Virus record (IMG/VR): IMGVR_UViG_3300035670_000024
Source of the DNA: a virus
Reading direction: 5' to 3' (one strand)
Length of the DNA stretch: 64,000 nt
A program made the position numbers and the translations under genes. This document shows positions 28,344-38,913 of this stretch, in pieces. Every line of letters begins with the position of its first letter. Position 1 is the first letter of the stretch. The notes under the pieces were generated by a model. The model saw nothing but the letters and a program-made list of their open reading frames with translations, did no database searches and was not told where the DNA came from.

Positions 28344-29837
28344 TCAGAACTTGAACTTGGTTTGGATTACACCACCCCACTCAGAGGCATTACCACGTTG
28401 GGCAGCATCGTTGCTTACATAGAAGATAGCAGGAGTGATGCTGATATTGTCGGTAACTTGATACTTGTAGAAGAACTCAAGCATCAGGGCATCGTTAGCA
28501 AGACCTTCGGCATTTGCGGGTTGACCCACAGCAACACCAGCAGCATTACCAGCAACGAATGCGTCATCCCACTGAAGACCAACGAACCAAGATTGTGAAT
28601 CGGTTGCGTCAGTTTCACCAGTGCGACCACTTACGGCATTATAACCATAACCAGCACTGACTGAAGGAATGATACCAGTTTCGGTAGGACGCCAGTAAGC
28701 ATTTACAGCAACACTATTGGAATCCTGATTACCTAGCAGAGTGCCATTAGCACCTTGGAAACCGTTGTAGGTGCGAGGACGGGTGCCTTCGGAACCGTAA
28801 CGATAACCAACACCGACACCCCAATTATCCTGACGATAACCAAGTTGTGCCATCAGGTTCAGGGCACCATCGGATGAGAACATACCAGTTTCGGTGCTAT
28901 CACCATCCTGAGCAACATAGTTTAGACCAGCAACAAAACCATTGCTTTCATACTGAACACCTACACCAGCACCAGTTGCCTTGTTATAAACACCAGGAGC
29001 ACCAGCAGTAGTGAAGAAATCAAGGATTTCTGAACGGTATGCTGAAGGAACCCACGCCATTTCGGTGTTACGAACCTTTGGACCAACGGTTACGGTGAAG
29101 TCGTCACCTACAGGGAACTGGTAGTAGATACGGTCAAGTTCTACAGTATCACCAGTGGTTTCTGCCTTATCCAGTTTGAATAAGGAAGAACTTGAACCAA
29201 AAGGTAGTTCACTGAAGTTACCAGCACGAAGACGGGTGCGGAGTAGGTCACGACCAGTAAATGAGGTATCAAAGTTCAGACGAACATCATAGTTGAATGC
29301 GGTTCCATCTGCCTTAGTTCCACGACTTTCGTAACCAGGAACACCACCGAGAACAAAGTTTACCTCACCATTCAGTTTGGTAGTGGTGGAGAATTGCTGT
29401 GCTTCAAGCACACCAACCTTTGCTTCTAGACCATCTACACGGGCACGAAGAACAATCAGTTCTGCCTTGAATTCTTCCTGAAGTTTACGAATTTCATCGG
29501 TGACTTCAGTTACACGGTCAAGGCAAGCATTGAAGAGTGCTGCTGCTTCATAACGGGTCATTGCCTTACCACCACCAAAGGTGCCGTTAGGATAACCTGC
29601 TACACAACCATAACGCTCTACAAGATTGCTGAGTGCCTGATATGCCCAATCGGTAGGTTGAACATCAGAGAATTGGTTGATACTTGTAACCTGCTCTGAG
29701 GTTGAATACTGATTTACTCCTTCCATATTGAGTTCTGCGGCAGTCGCAGCGGGAGCAATCAGACCAACAGCAACAGGTGCAAGCATCAGTTGTTGAAAAA
29801 GTTTCATATATGTGTTTGTTTTAGTACTAAACGACAA
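28344..29837 (-). CDS. Cyanobacterial outer-membrane porin (SLH domain + OprB/iron-uptake porin, SomA-like)
   Basis: Signal peptide; FSDVQPTDWAYQALSNLVERYGCVAGYPNGTF; QFSTTTKL; TSFTGRDLLRTRL; C-terminal Phe. True start likely MKLFQQ at 29807. Confidence 0.92.
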   Translation of the reverse strand: MSFSTKTNTYMKLFQQLMLAPVAVGLIAPAATAAELNMEGVNQYSTSEQVTSINQFSDVQPTDWAYQALSNLVERYGCVAGYPNGTFGGGKAMTRYEAAALFNACLDRVTEVTDEIRKLQEEFKAELIVLRARVDGLEAKVGVLEAQQFSTTTKLNGEVNFVLGGVPGYESRGTKADGTAFNYDVRLNFDTSFTGRDLLRTRLRAGNFSELPFGSSSSLFKLDKAETTGDTVELDRIYYQFPVGDDFTVTVGPKVRNTEMAWVPSAYRSEILDFFTTAGAPGVYNKATGAGVGVQYESNGFVAGLNYVAQDGDSTETGMFSSDGALNLMAQLGYRQDNWGVGVGYRYGSEGTRPRTYNGFQGANGTLLGNQDSNSVAVNAYWRPTETGIIPSVSAGYGYNAVSGRTGETDATDSQSWFVGLQWDDAFVAGNAAGVAVGQPANAEGLANDALMLEFFYKYQVTDNISITPAIFYVSNDAAQRGNASEWGGVIQTKFKF

Positions 29838-29900
29838 GTGTTAAGAATTACAACTGAATTCTCAACTCAATATTTAGTATACAGACACATTTGAAGTTTG

Positions 29901-30692
29901 TCAAGTGGTTTTTTGAGAAGGTTCGGTAATTCTACCAAGATATGGATCGTAGTTTGTAATTTGTTCTATAGTCAATTCATGCCCTTGTGTTTGCCAAAAA
30001 TTAAATATAGCATTATAACTATTGCGATGGAACATGTCTACATGATCTGGGTGAATAGTAGATCCAAGTTCAGTTTTATAAAGAAGTAATGGAGAAGCAT
30101 AAGTACAACCAGAATTATAGATCAAATCGTCAGCAACTGCTCTGGGTTTTACACCATTATCAAGTTTATATTTACCATCCCTACAATGATTTCGGATTAG
30201 TTTTTCAGCATGGTGTTTTGTAATTACATAGCAAGCAGTTGAAAAATCATTCACAAACCGATTGTGAATAGGAACAACAATATCTCCAGTACAAATAATT
30301 GCAAGTTGCAAAACATCCCAAGCATAAGGTGCTCTAGCAACTAAATCACTCCAAGCAAAGTTCCAATACTTTACTGTCTCAAGACTACAATCATCCTCCA
30401 TAATTACAGCATATGGAGAGTTTGAAGTTGTATACCAATGCTGAATTGCCTTTAGGTGAGATGTCACACAACCAACTTCACCAGAAGTCATAAAATCTGG
30501 ATATCTACCTTTTATAATATCACTCAAATCATCATCTCTTCCATCATATGCAGAGATGCGAGTATAGTTTTCAATTTCCCAATATTTAAATTGTTCTTCC
30601 ATATACTCTTTTCTTTCTGGTTGCCCATCAAGATTTAAGTAATATATTGGCCCAAAGTTTTTAAGTTTATACGCTGATTTATTTTTATCCAT
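29901..30692 (-). CDS. Glycosyltransferase family 25
   Basis: YLNLD....R; RISAYDG; GEVGCVTSH; IMEDD. Confidence 0.8.
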   Translation of the reverse strand: MDKNKSAYKLKNFGPIYYLNLDGQPERKEYMEEQFKYWEIENYTRISAYDGRDDDLSDIIKGRYPDFMTSGEVGCVTSHLKAIQHWYTTSNSPYAVIMEDDCSLETVKYWNFAWSDLVARAPYAWDVLQLAIICTGDIVVPIHNRFVNDFSTACYVITKHHAEKLIRNHCRDGKYKLDNGVKPRAVADDLIYNSGCTYASPLLLYKTELGSTIHPDHVDMFHRNSYNAIFNFWQTQGHELTIEQITNYDPYLGRITEPSQKTT

Positions 30693-30693
30693 A

Positions 30694-31179
30694 TTATTTT
30701 AATGAAGAAGTTTCATATTTTATTGCAATTGAAAATCGGTGCTTATTTCTAAATGAGGTAGCTTTATGTAGAATAGAAGCATCAAAGTAAATTAAACGAT
30801 TTGGAATAGGCAAAATACCATATATGTTATTATTAATTAGAAATTGTGTTTCTCCACCATCATCTATATTCCAACTATCATTAGAATAGTATAAAAAAGT
30901 AATTTCTTCAGGATTCCCATCAGTATGAAAATATGGATTTTCAGATGGAGCAAAACAATTTATATACATTCTATACAAATTATGATTTGGAACAAAAGTT
31001 TTAGTTTTTGTTTCAAATAATTTATAGATCTCATCGGTTTTATTGATAGCATGATACATTCCTGTAGGAGGGGTGTGTTCGTTATCTGCTTCCCCATAAC
31101 GATAAGAAGTATTCATACAAAATCTAAGGGCAAAATTAAACTCTTCATCTGATAAAAAATTATCTATAACTTGTATCAT
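30694..31179 (-). CDS. 2OG-Fe(II) oxygenase
   Basis: FHTD...GGET.F...NRLIYFD..ILH...RFSIA. Confidence 0.8.
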   Translation of the reverse strand: MIQVIDNFLSDEEFNFALRFCMNTSYRYGEADNEHTPPTGMYHAINKTDEIYKLFETKTKTFVPNHNLYRMYINCFAPSENPYFHTDGNPEEITFLYYSNDSWNIDDGGETQFLINNNIYGILPIPNRLIYFDASILHKATSFRNKHRFSIAIKYETSSLK

Positions 31180-31981
31180 ATTTTTTTAAATAATCTTGAT
31201 TTGAATAATATTCTTTTAATTGTTCACAATTCATTTTTTGAATTTGATTCCAAATATTATTATTTTGTTGCATATGAGGATTGTTTAACCAAGAGTTATG
31301 TCCTCTTACATGCTCTAAGTGATAAACTATATCATCAATTCTTCCTACATTATACCCCAAAGTAGTAAATCTGTAAAATCTTTCTTTATCTTCTGGAGCA
31401 TAAGCGACAAAATTCTCATTTTCCATTCCACCATCAATATAAACTTGACGATTAAAAAACTGAACCCATCCAAAATCAGACAAGTAAATATTTGAATTAT
31501 TATCCAAATAAGAATAATCACCTGTTTCTAAGAATTTGGAGACAATTTCATCAGTGGCATTTACTTGTTTTTGATAACTACCTTGTCCATATGGGTATAC
31601 CACATCAAAGTCATTATTCAAAATAAAATCATAAGCAACTTTATATGAATCAAGTGGAAGAATAACATCACAATCATAATTGATAATCACTTTAGTTTTT
31701 GCTTCCATAATCATTTCATTCAAGACTTTTTGCCTATGAAATGATGGATTATTTGATTTCTCAAAAATATGATTAACATCTACATCAATATCAAGAATTT
31801 CTTCTAAAATTGGTAATGCTTCATCTTTAAAAACAGATTGACTATCAACTTCTTTAATTATGATATTAGTATCAAAATTCTCCAACAAAAATGCCGTAGT
31901 AGTAATTACATTACGAAGTCTGTCAGAGGATTCTATACGAATTGGAATTATAAATGTTGCTTCCGTTAAATTAGTTTTCAT
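31160..31981 (-). CDS. Glycosyltransferase (GT-A fold, GT2/GT7C-like)
   Basis: YDCD motif; GGMENENFVAYAPED; YHLEH. Confidence 0.75.
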   Translation of the reverse strand: MKTNLTEATFIIPIRIESSDRLRNVITTTAFLLENFDTNIIIKEVDSQSVFKDEALPILEEILDIDVDVNHIFEKSNNPSFHRQKVLNEMIMEAKTKVIINYDCDVILPLDSYKVAYDFILNNDFDVVYPYGQGSYQKQVNATDEIVSKFLETGDYSYLDNNSNIYLSDFGWVQFFNRQVYIDGGMENENFVAYAPEDKERFYRFTTLGYNVGRIDDIVYHLEHVRGHNSWLNNPHMQQNNNIWNQIQKMNCEQLKEYYSNQDYLKKYDTSYR

Positions 31982-32738
31982 CTGAATAATTTCTAATATT
32001 TTTATTTTTTTCTAAAACATAATTAAGTTCATCCTCATTAACCATCCAAGAACCCTCAGGATGATTAATTACTTTATCATATTTTATATGAGATGAACTT
32101 ATTCTATTAGAATGTTCTCTGTTTGAAATAAGATAATCTTGAATTATAAATGGCATACCATTATTATATCTCATCCTATGATAAAAATCAGTATCCATAA
32201 GAAGTTTAAGATTTTCATCAAACTTTTCAAATTTTTCAGTTAAAAAAGAAACACAAGAAGGACTACCCAAAAGATTTCTACCTTCCAATATCATATCAGT
32301 CCACTTTGGTATCATTGGTCTAAAATGTTGTGTACCATTGATCGTATGAACAAATCCACTGACACACCAACTACAATAATGATCGTCAAATGCAGATTTT
32401 ATTTTTGATAATGCAGATTTATCAATAAAAAGATCATCTTGAAATATTATTTTTGTAATTTTACCATTACACATTTCAACAGATGAATTTACATTTGCGG
32501 GACTGTTTCCGCGATTTTCTTCATTTTTAAAATATTTTATTTCAAAATAATTTGCGTATTCTTCACATACTTCAAGAATACTATCATCTTTAGAATGATC
32601 AGAAATACAAACTTCAAAATTTTTAAAATTTTGATCTCTAATGGTCTCAAATAGTTGCAAAAGATATTGATTCCCAAAACCTTTCATTTCATAAGTTGGA
32701 ATAGCAATAGAAATTTCAGGAATCATATTTTTATCCAT
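31971..32738 (-). CDS. Glycosyltransferase family 2
   Basis: ISIAIPTY; EVCISDHS; FQDD; MDTDFY. Confidence 0.8.
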   Translation of the reverse strand: MDKNMIPEISIAIPTYEMKGFGNQYLLQLFETIRDQNFKNFEVCISDHSKDDSILEVCEEYANYFEIKYFKNEENRGNSPANVNSSVEMCNGKITKIIFQDDLFIDKSALSKIKSAFDDHYCSWCVSGFVHTINGTQHFRPMIPKWTDMILEGRNLLGSPSCVSFLTEKFEKFDENLKLLMDTDFYHRMRYNNGMPFIIQDYLISNREHSNRISSSHIKYDKVINHPEGSWMVNEDELNYVLEKNKNIRNYSDEN

Positions 32739-33505
32739 CGTTCAGGAATAATATCTTCAGTATTGTGATTTGCAGTATATCCTGAATCACCAAACCAACG
32801 AGATGGTGCAATGACATTATTTCTACCAGATAACCAAGCACCCCACCAAGAAAATGATGAATTTGCAATAATATGATGAGAACACATTGTCATCAAACAC
32901 ATATCAATCAAATTCCAATTTGATTCCGAAATCATAAACCTGTCTGGACTAAAAAGATTTTGATTTTTACACCATTCAATATCATCCGAAAAGATTAAAA
33001 CTGGTAAATTTGAATCAAACTTACTCAATGCCTCTTCATAATATTCAAGTGAACAAGGAGGATGATCAATAGACTTTTCAACAAAATCTGTTCTTCTTAC
33101 ATGTAAAGAAATTGCCTCATCAAATTCAAATGCTTCTTTGCATGGATTTAAAACTTCAGGTTTAAAAGTAAAATCTTCACGAATACTATCTGCAATATGA
33201 TAAAAATATTTTTCAGTTTGAAAATATCCAAATAAATTTACATTATCAGGACACTCATCAACATACTCTTGAGAATAATTAAACTGCTTTTCCTGATAAT
33301 AATTTGCAGGTAAAAACTTTTTATTTTTTAAATTCTGAAGAGTAAATGCTTCAAATAATTGATGATCCTGCCATTCATTATCAAAATCTGATTCTGGAAT
33401 ACAAAAATCATATCCTTTAACATCTGCAATGCCACGGAGAGCAGCATATTGAAACATTTGATTTCCAAGTCGTCCGTGGCGACCAATGTGATTAAATCCA
33501 ATCAT
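32723..33505 (-). CDS. Alpha-1,2-fucosyltransferase-like (GT11)
   Basis: GRLGNQMFQYA; HVRRTD; IIANSSFSWWGAWL. Confidence 0.88.
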   Translation of the reverse strand: MIGFNHIGRHGRLGNQMFQYAALRGIADVKGYDFCIPESDFDNEWQDHQLFEAFTLQNLKNKKFLPANYYQEKQFNYSQEYVDECPDNVNLFGYFQTEKYFYHIADSIREDFTFKPEVLNPCKEAFEFDEAISLHVRRTDFVEKSIDHPPCSLEYYEEALSKFDSNLPVLIFSDDIEWCKNQNLFSPDRFMISESNWNLIDMCLMTMCSHHIIANSSFSWWGAWLSGRNNVIAPSRWFGDSGYTANHNTEDIIPERWIKI

Positions 33506-33506
33506 T

Positions 33507-34244
33507 TTACTCTAAAATAATTCCTGGAGGTAAATTATAATGAAATCCAAAAGGAATAAGTCCTTTATTTTCGGGAACAGGACTTTCATAAGAGAATTTA
33601 GCTGCAATTTCTACTGGAGGAAATTTACACCCCTTTTCAATGAAGATATGCCTATTATGTACACAAATATTTCCATCTTCATGTGTATTTTTTGATCCAA
33701 ACATTTTATAAAATTCAGGGTTATTATACACTAAAAATGGAATAGTGTCTTCTGTGCAAATATCTATAAGTTTTTTACTTCTCAAAGAAAATCCACCATT
33801 ACCACACCTAATATGTTCTCCAAATGGAGTAACAAATGCATCTTCTTTATATGGCCAAGGAGCTCCAATATAATCATATTCATAAAAATCATCCATCCAA
33901 GAATCAGGATTAATAATAAATGCATGATCTTGAGTTATTAACACATATTCAGTATCAACATGCTTACCAAGACTATAAAGAATATAATGACTATATTCAT
34001 CTATATTTGTAATATTTGGATCCATTTCCTCGCAATGGATTTTATCCTCAAGCAAATTTTCGGAGTATTTTTTAATATACTCTTTTGATGTAACTAATTT
34101 TACAGAACCAAACTTAGCAAATCCCATACTAGTGTATAAAGATTTAATAGTTCCATCAATTCTATTAGTATTATCAATTGCCAAAAGTGTTATTTTAGAA
34201 AGATCAAGCATTGAATTTTTCCACAATAGTATCAATATAATCAA
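33507..34244 (-). CDS. DUF5672-family glycosyltransferase-like protein
   Basis: YDYIGAPW; GNGGFSLRSK; ED; PFGFH. Confidence 0.75.
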   Translation of the reverse strand: MIILILLWKNSMLDLSKITLLAIDNTNRIDGTIKSLYTSMGFAKFGSVKLVTSKEYIKKYSENLLEDKIHCEEMDPNITNIDEYSHYILYSLGKHVDTEYVLITQDHAFIINPDSWMDDFYEYDYIGAPWPYKEDAFVTPFGEHIRCGNGGFSLRSKKLIDICTEDTIPFLVYNNPEFYKMFGSKNTHEDGNICVHNRHIFIEKGCKFPPVEIAAKFSYESPVPENKGLIPFGFHYNLPPGIILE

Positions 34245-35502
34245 TCATTTTTTCATTAATAGTAGGAGAACATCCAAGAAAAAATACTTTATCCAGAACT
34301 TCGTTTGACTTTGGATATTTAGTCGCATCATCTAAATGCTTATACCCAGGATGAAGAAGAATATTGCCAGCAAAATAGTTTCTGGTTTGAATCTTATTTT
34401 TTTCAAAATGAGAAACTAATGCTCTTTTTAAATTCTTATTTTCGCAAATAATCGGAACTCCAAACCAACTTGTTTCAGATTCCTTTTTTTCATTAATTAC
34501 TCTTGTTTCAGGAATTCTTTCAATTATACTTTGAATTTTTTCTTTATTTTTTCTGCGAATATTATGAATTTCATCAAATTTTAAAAGTTGAACAGATCCC
34601 ACCGAACCCTGAAGATCTAGTGGTTTTAGATTATATCCCATATTAGAAAAAACATACTTATGATCAACAATATCTTCATAATTTTCCAACCAAGTATCAA
34701 ACCTCTTTCCACATATTCCATTAGGAAGAAGGTTTTGTTGGCCAACACAATAACACCCACGTCCCCACCAAGCAAAACTACGAGCAAGGTCAATAATTCC
34801 TTTTTCGTTAGAGGAAACCATTCCGCCTTCAATTGTACAAATATGATGAGCAGGATAAAAAGAGCAAGATGCTGCAATAGCATTTTCAGTTAAATATTCG
34901 CCTTTCCACTTACTTCCAAGACTATCGCAATTATCGGCAATCAAATGAATATTATTTTTTTTACAAATTTCAATAATCTTATCAATATCATAAGGATTTC
35001 CAAGAACAGGTGAAGATATAACTGCTCGGGTTTTACTAGTAATTTTATCACTAACCTGATCTAAATCCCAATTTAAATCCTCCCAATCAATATCAACAAA
35101 AACTGGAGTTAATCCGCATTGAACAATAGGTGCAATAGTAGTAGCAAATCCACAAGCACAAACAATTATTTCATCACCATCATTCCATTTAAAATATTTT
35201 TTAAGAGCAGCAAACATTACAAGATTAGCAGAACTTCCAGAATTCACCATTACTGAATGTTTAAAATTAAATTTTTTTGAAAATTCATGCTCAAATTTAT
35301 TAACTTTTTCTCCAGAAGAAAGCCACTTTCCCTTTAAAATGGAGTAAATAATCTCTCTTGCTTCAAGTTCATCCCAATAAGGCCCAGAATAATATACACT
35401 GTCCTTACCTTCAATAAACTCTTTTTTATTTGCAATAAATGGAAAAATATCTCCATCTATATTTTTTGCAGATTCTATAAATTTGTCAATTAATTGGTAC
35501 AT
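34204..35502 (-). CDS. DegT/DnrJ-family PLP enzyme, RfbH/DdhC-like NDP-4-keto-6-deoxyglucose 3-dehydrase
   Basis: VNSGSSANL; DNCDSLG; SFYPAHHI..EGG (His in place of the Schiff-base Lys); GRGCYC...C Fe-S motif; GYNLKP. Confidence 0.8.
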   Translation of the reverse strand: MYQLIDKFIESAKNIDGDIFPFIANKKEFIEGKDSVYYSGPYWDELEAREIIYSILKGKWLSSGEKVNKFEHEFSKKFNFKHSVMVNSGSSANLVMFAALKKYFKWNDGDEIIVCACGFATTIAPIVQCGLTPVFVDIDWEDLNWDLDQVSDKITSKTRAVISSPVLGNPYDIDKIIEICKKNNIHLIADNCDSLGSKWKGEYLTENAIAASCSFYPAHHICTIEGGMVSSNEKGIIDLARSFAWWGRGCYCVGQQNLLPNGICGKRFDTWLENYEDIVDHKYVFSNMGYNLKPLDLQGSVGSVQLLKFDEIHNIRRKNKEKIQSIIERIPETRVINEKKESETSWFGVPIICENKNLKRALVSHFEKNKIQTRNYFAGNILLHPGYKHLDDATKYPKSNEVLDKVFFLGCSPTINEKMIDYIDTIVEKFNA

Positions 35503-36308
35503 AATTCTTGAATGATTTCTTTTAATGAAATTGACTGAACGAATCCAAGTTCTTTTAACCTACTTGTATCAAACCAAAAATCTTTTGCTTGTACAATTTT
35601 ATGGAACCTGGGCGCTTCTTTTGATTTTATTTGAGACTGAGAATTTAAATTTCGTTTTGCCTGATATATTATATCACCAATAGACACTGGTTGTCCACTG
35701 CCGACATTATATATTTCATTTACTTTTCCCTTATCGCATATGAGTTTTATTGCTCTACAGACATCATCAACATGCATTACATCTCTTATTGGAGTACCAT
35801 CATCATACAAATATACATCTTCATTCTTCTTCAACAAATCTATCATATAAGATAAAGCATTTTTTTTATTTGATCTATTATTGTCCTCTTTGCCAAGAAC
35901 ATTACAAAGTCTCATAATTTTATAATTAACTTCATAAGTTTTACAAAAAGAAATTAATAGATCCTCAGCTGCCTTTTTAGTAATTGAATAAAATCCAGTT
36001 GGATTACATTCAGATTCTTCCTTTGCAGGAAGATTTGTGTTTCCATATACAAACCAAGAACTTATAAAATTAAAAGTAATTTTATTGTCTCTACAATGAT
36101 CCAAAACTTCACACAAGACTTTTAAGTTTGTATTTACATCCAATGTAATATTCGTATGAATATTATAATTATCGGTGGTTGATATGAAATATAAAATGTC
36201 TTTTGTTTTAGGTTTTCTCTCTTCTCTTTCTTGCCTAACAATCATATCTGGATATAAATTACAAAATTTTCCTCCAATAAATCCAGAAGATCCATATACG
36301 GTTAACAT
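35490..36308 (-). CDS. NAD-dependent epimerase/dehydratase
   Basis: GSSGFIG; YSITK (YxxxK); RDVMHVDD; YNVGSG. Confidence 0.85.
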   Translation of the reverse strand: MLTVYGSSGFIGGKFCNLYPDMIVRQEREERKPKTKDILYFISTTDNYNIHTNITLDVNTNLKVLCEVLDHCRDNKITFNFISSWFVYGNTNLPAKEESECNPTGFYSITKKAAEDLLISFCKTYEVNYKIMRLCNVLGKEDNNRSNKKNALSYMIDLLKKNEDVYLYDDGTPIRDVMHVDDVCRAIKLICDKGKVNEIYNVGSGQPVSIGDIIYQAKRNLNSQSQIKSKEAPRFHKIVQAKDFWFDTSRLKELGFVQSISLKEIIQELCTN

Positions 36309-37240
36309 AAAATATCTATAGAATCACTAACTATTTTATCATAAAAATTTTTAACATCCAAATCGTCAAGATTAATTTTTTGAATTTGATCAAAAAGATG
36401 TTGATTTGAACTAAGAAGATCTTCAGTCACTTCTGAGTAATCATTCACAAAAAGAACTGGATAATCTTTAAGTAAGTATTCCAAGTAAGAATTCTTTTTC
36501 ATAATAGGAACTCTTCTCATATAAAGACATTCCCAATTACGATGGCAATCAACTGCATTTCCAATCGGACATATCATAAATTTTGATTTTTTTAATGAAG
36601 ACAGATATTCATAATAATCAACACTTTGAAATTGAACTTTTGCCCAAGATTTATCTAAAAATATTTCCTTTATTCCAGATCTCTCTTTTGGATTGGTATG
36701 ATCACTATGATTAACATAAAGAACTTGCTCAATGGAAATTTCATCTGAAAACATAAAATCTAAGAGGATTTGCTTTCTATTATCCCCAGTATGCAATTTT
36801 CTTTGAATACCGTAAGGAATTGGATTGACTTTTCCACCAAAACTTATTGCATTTACAGCATTTACACTTAAAACATTATCTGGAATTCTATCAAAGATAA
36901 ACTTATCAATTGGAGTATCTTCTAAGTTTGTAAAAATAATAAATTTTTTTTCTGGAAACTTTGAGCACAAACTTAAAAGATCACTATCCTCCATTAATGA
37001 GTTCACATAGGATTTATCCTGAGGTTTTACATTTTCAATTTCTCTTTTATAAAGTCTTATGTTATCAATAAAAAGAGTCATGTACTTTTTATCTTCAAAC
37101 AAGACTCTTTCGGCAAATTCTAAATTTAAAAGATTTGCAGACTTGATGAAATGATTCGGAATATTTCCAAAACTTCCAGATTGATCTCCAAAAGAATAGT
37201 CACACAAATTTGAAATACTAACCCCATCAATTAAATTCAT
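36302..37240 (-). CDS. Exostosin-like glycosyltransferase
   Basis: SKFMICPIGNAVDCHRNWECLY...PI. Confidence 0.65.
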   Translation of the reverse strand: MNLIDGVSISNLCDYSFGDQSGSFGNIPNHFIKSANLLNLEFAERVLFEDKKYMTLFIDNIRLYKREIENVKPQDKSYVNSLMEDSDLLSLCSKFPEKKFIIFTNLEDTPIDKFIFDRIPDNVLSVNAVNAISFGGKVNPIPYGIQRKLHTGDNRKQILLDFMFSDEISIEQVLYVNHSDHTNPKERSGIKEIFLDKSWAKVQFQSVDYYEYLSSLKKSKFMICPIGNAVDCHRNWECLYMRRVPIMKKNSYLEYLLKDYPVLFVNDYSEVTEDLLSSNQHLFDQIQKINLDDLDVKNFYDKIVSDSIDILC

Positions 37241-37834
37241 TTATTTTTTAATTCCCCAAAAATATAAATCTTCACATGGATTAATGTAAGTTCTCATATT
37301 CTTTATGAAATCTGTAGGATTATCATAATCCACTGTACTATGAAATTCATATTCAGAAAATACATCATCAAATGACTCTTCAAAGGATTCTCTAAAATCT
37401 TGTTCATCAAGATTTTGATAATATTCCCACCCAATATCTATAGTTAATGGAGAAGAACCTTTATCAGATCTAGAAGTTCCATGTTCTTTTCTTCCTGTAG
37501 TAGCGCAAGTGAAAAAAACTAATCCTCCAGGTTTGCACATTCTTACCATATTAGCAAATGTCTCTGCCCAATATGGATTATGCTCAAAGCATTCTCCAGA
37601 AGCACACACATCAAAAGTATCATCGGGAGCATCATATTCTTGACCTTGAATAACTAGATCAACACCCTTTCCTTCCCCAACATCAATACCTAAGTAATCG
37701 CAATCCGAAAAAAACGATCTCATACTTCCATTAATATCCAAACTTCCAACTTCTAAAACTTTTACATTTTGGAAAAAATTTGGAAATTTATTTCTAACAT
37801 ATACAATAAAATCTTTCTGCGTACTATGTGCCAT
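37241..37834 (-). CDS. Class I SAM-dependent methyltransferase
   Basis: VLEVGSLDING; FD...ECFEH; CKPGG. Confidence 0.8.
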   Translation of the reverse strand: MAHSTQKDFIVYVRNKFPNFFQNVKVLEVGSLDINGSMRSFFSDCDYLGIDVGEGKGVDLVIQGQEYDAPDDTFDVCASGECFEHNPYWAETFANMVRMCKPGGLVFFTCATTGRKEHGTSRSDKGSSPLTIDIGWEYYQNLDEQDFRESFEESFDDVFSEYEFHSTVDYDNPTDFIKNMRTYINPCEDLYFWGIKK

Positions 37835-37835
37835 T

Positions 37836-38411
37836 TTATTTCGTTAATTTTAAAATATACAAACCATTTTTCCAACGATTTAATAAGTCCTCGTATTTTT
37901 GAACTCCAGACATATTAAATGATTCAGATTTACTATATCCAATAGACTTTGACAAGTCTACCAATGGACTAACCCATTCGGGATCAATAACATCTTCAAC
38001 AATTAGAATTCCACCATCTTTAATTTTAGAATAATATTTTTCAATTACATATACAAAAGATTCATATGTATGCATTCCATCATCAATAATAATATCAAAA
38101 TAAGAATCTTGAAATAGATCCAATGCCTTTTGAGAATACATGTCAATTTTATAACATGTTGTATTTTCAATTGGACTAAAATTCTCTATTTCTCCACCAT
38201 AAACATTAGAATCAGGATGAAAATATTCTTTCCATATTTTAATAGAACCTCCCCCTCGTATTCCAATCTCCAGAATATTAATAGGAGTTTTTGTATAAGG
38301 TTTTAATTGATTTTCGTAAAAATGATCATAATATCCCAATTGATACTTATCAGTACAATATTGCCCACTTAAGTATATTTCAGACAATGACTTTTTTTTC
38401 TTTCGCGGCAT
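37836..38411 (-). CDS. SAM-dependent (sugar O-)methyltransferase
   Basis: ILEIGI.GG.S; FDIIIDDGMH; GGILIVED. Confidence 0.75.
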   Translation of the reverse strand: MPRKKKKSLSEIYLSGQYCTDKYQLGYYDHFYENQLKPYTKTPINILEIGIRGGGSIKIWKEYFHPDSNVYGGEIENFSPIENTTCYKIDMYSQKALDLFQDSYFDIIIDDGMHTYESFVYVIEKYYSKIKDGGILIVEDVIDPEWVSPLVDLSKSIGYSKSESFNMSGVQKYEDLLNRWKNGLYILKLTK

Positions 38412-38519
38412 AACAAATTCTCCACATTTGTTTAATTTGTATTATTAATTATACAACTTATAAATTGACATTTTATACTATACTAAAAAAGATGGGTTTA
38501 TGCAACCCATCTTATGTAA

Positions 38520-38625
38520 CTCAGGCTCGCCACCAATTCTTTATCTGGAAATTGGAAACCAGGCGGGGTTCTTCCCATCCACACCAGTCGGCATATTTAA
38601 TGTCCATCCGACGAGGACAAATCAG
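38520..38625 (-). ncRNA. wcaG/manA-like structured RNA upstream of the glycosylation cluster
   Basis: Two H-type pseudoknots (GTCC/GGAC with GTCGG/CCGAC; CTGG/CCAG with CCAATT/AATTGG), each followed by TGGTG; ends GGTGGCGAGCCTG, then a terminator. Confidence 0.6.
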
Positions 38626-38647
38626 GGTTCATACTTGACTCCACCAC

Positions 38648-38887
38648 CTAGTTTACAAACAAACTAGGAAAGGAAACTTGAATGAGTTTTGGAACTTCAA
38701 TTGCAGCATAAAAAGCGCACAATACTAAAATGTCCCAAAATTTATATTTAATTGCAAATGGAATAACAAGAATGTTACCTATACATTTAACAATTAATCC
38801 AAGTTGAAGATCTCCCCAGAGAAGGAAGAAGTAACCAGTTAAAAGTAGAATGTTACCAATGTATCTGAGGAAATTGGGATTTGGCAT
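38648..38887 (-). CDS. Small membrane protein
   Basis: 79-aa hydrophobic ORF between RNA modules. Confidence 0.55.
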   Translation of the reverse strand: MPNPNFLRYIGNILLLTGYFFLLWGDLQLGLIVKCIGNILVIPFAIKYKFWDILVLCAFYAAIEVPKLIQVSFPSLFVN

Positions 38888-38913
38888 AAGGGTTTTGCTT
38901 CCGACCAGTTCTG

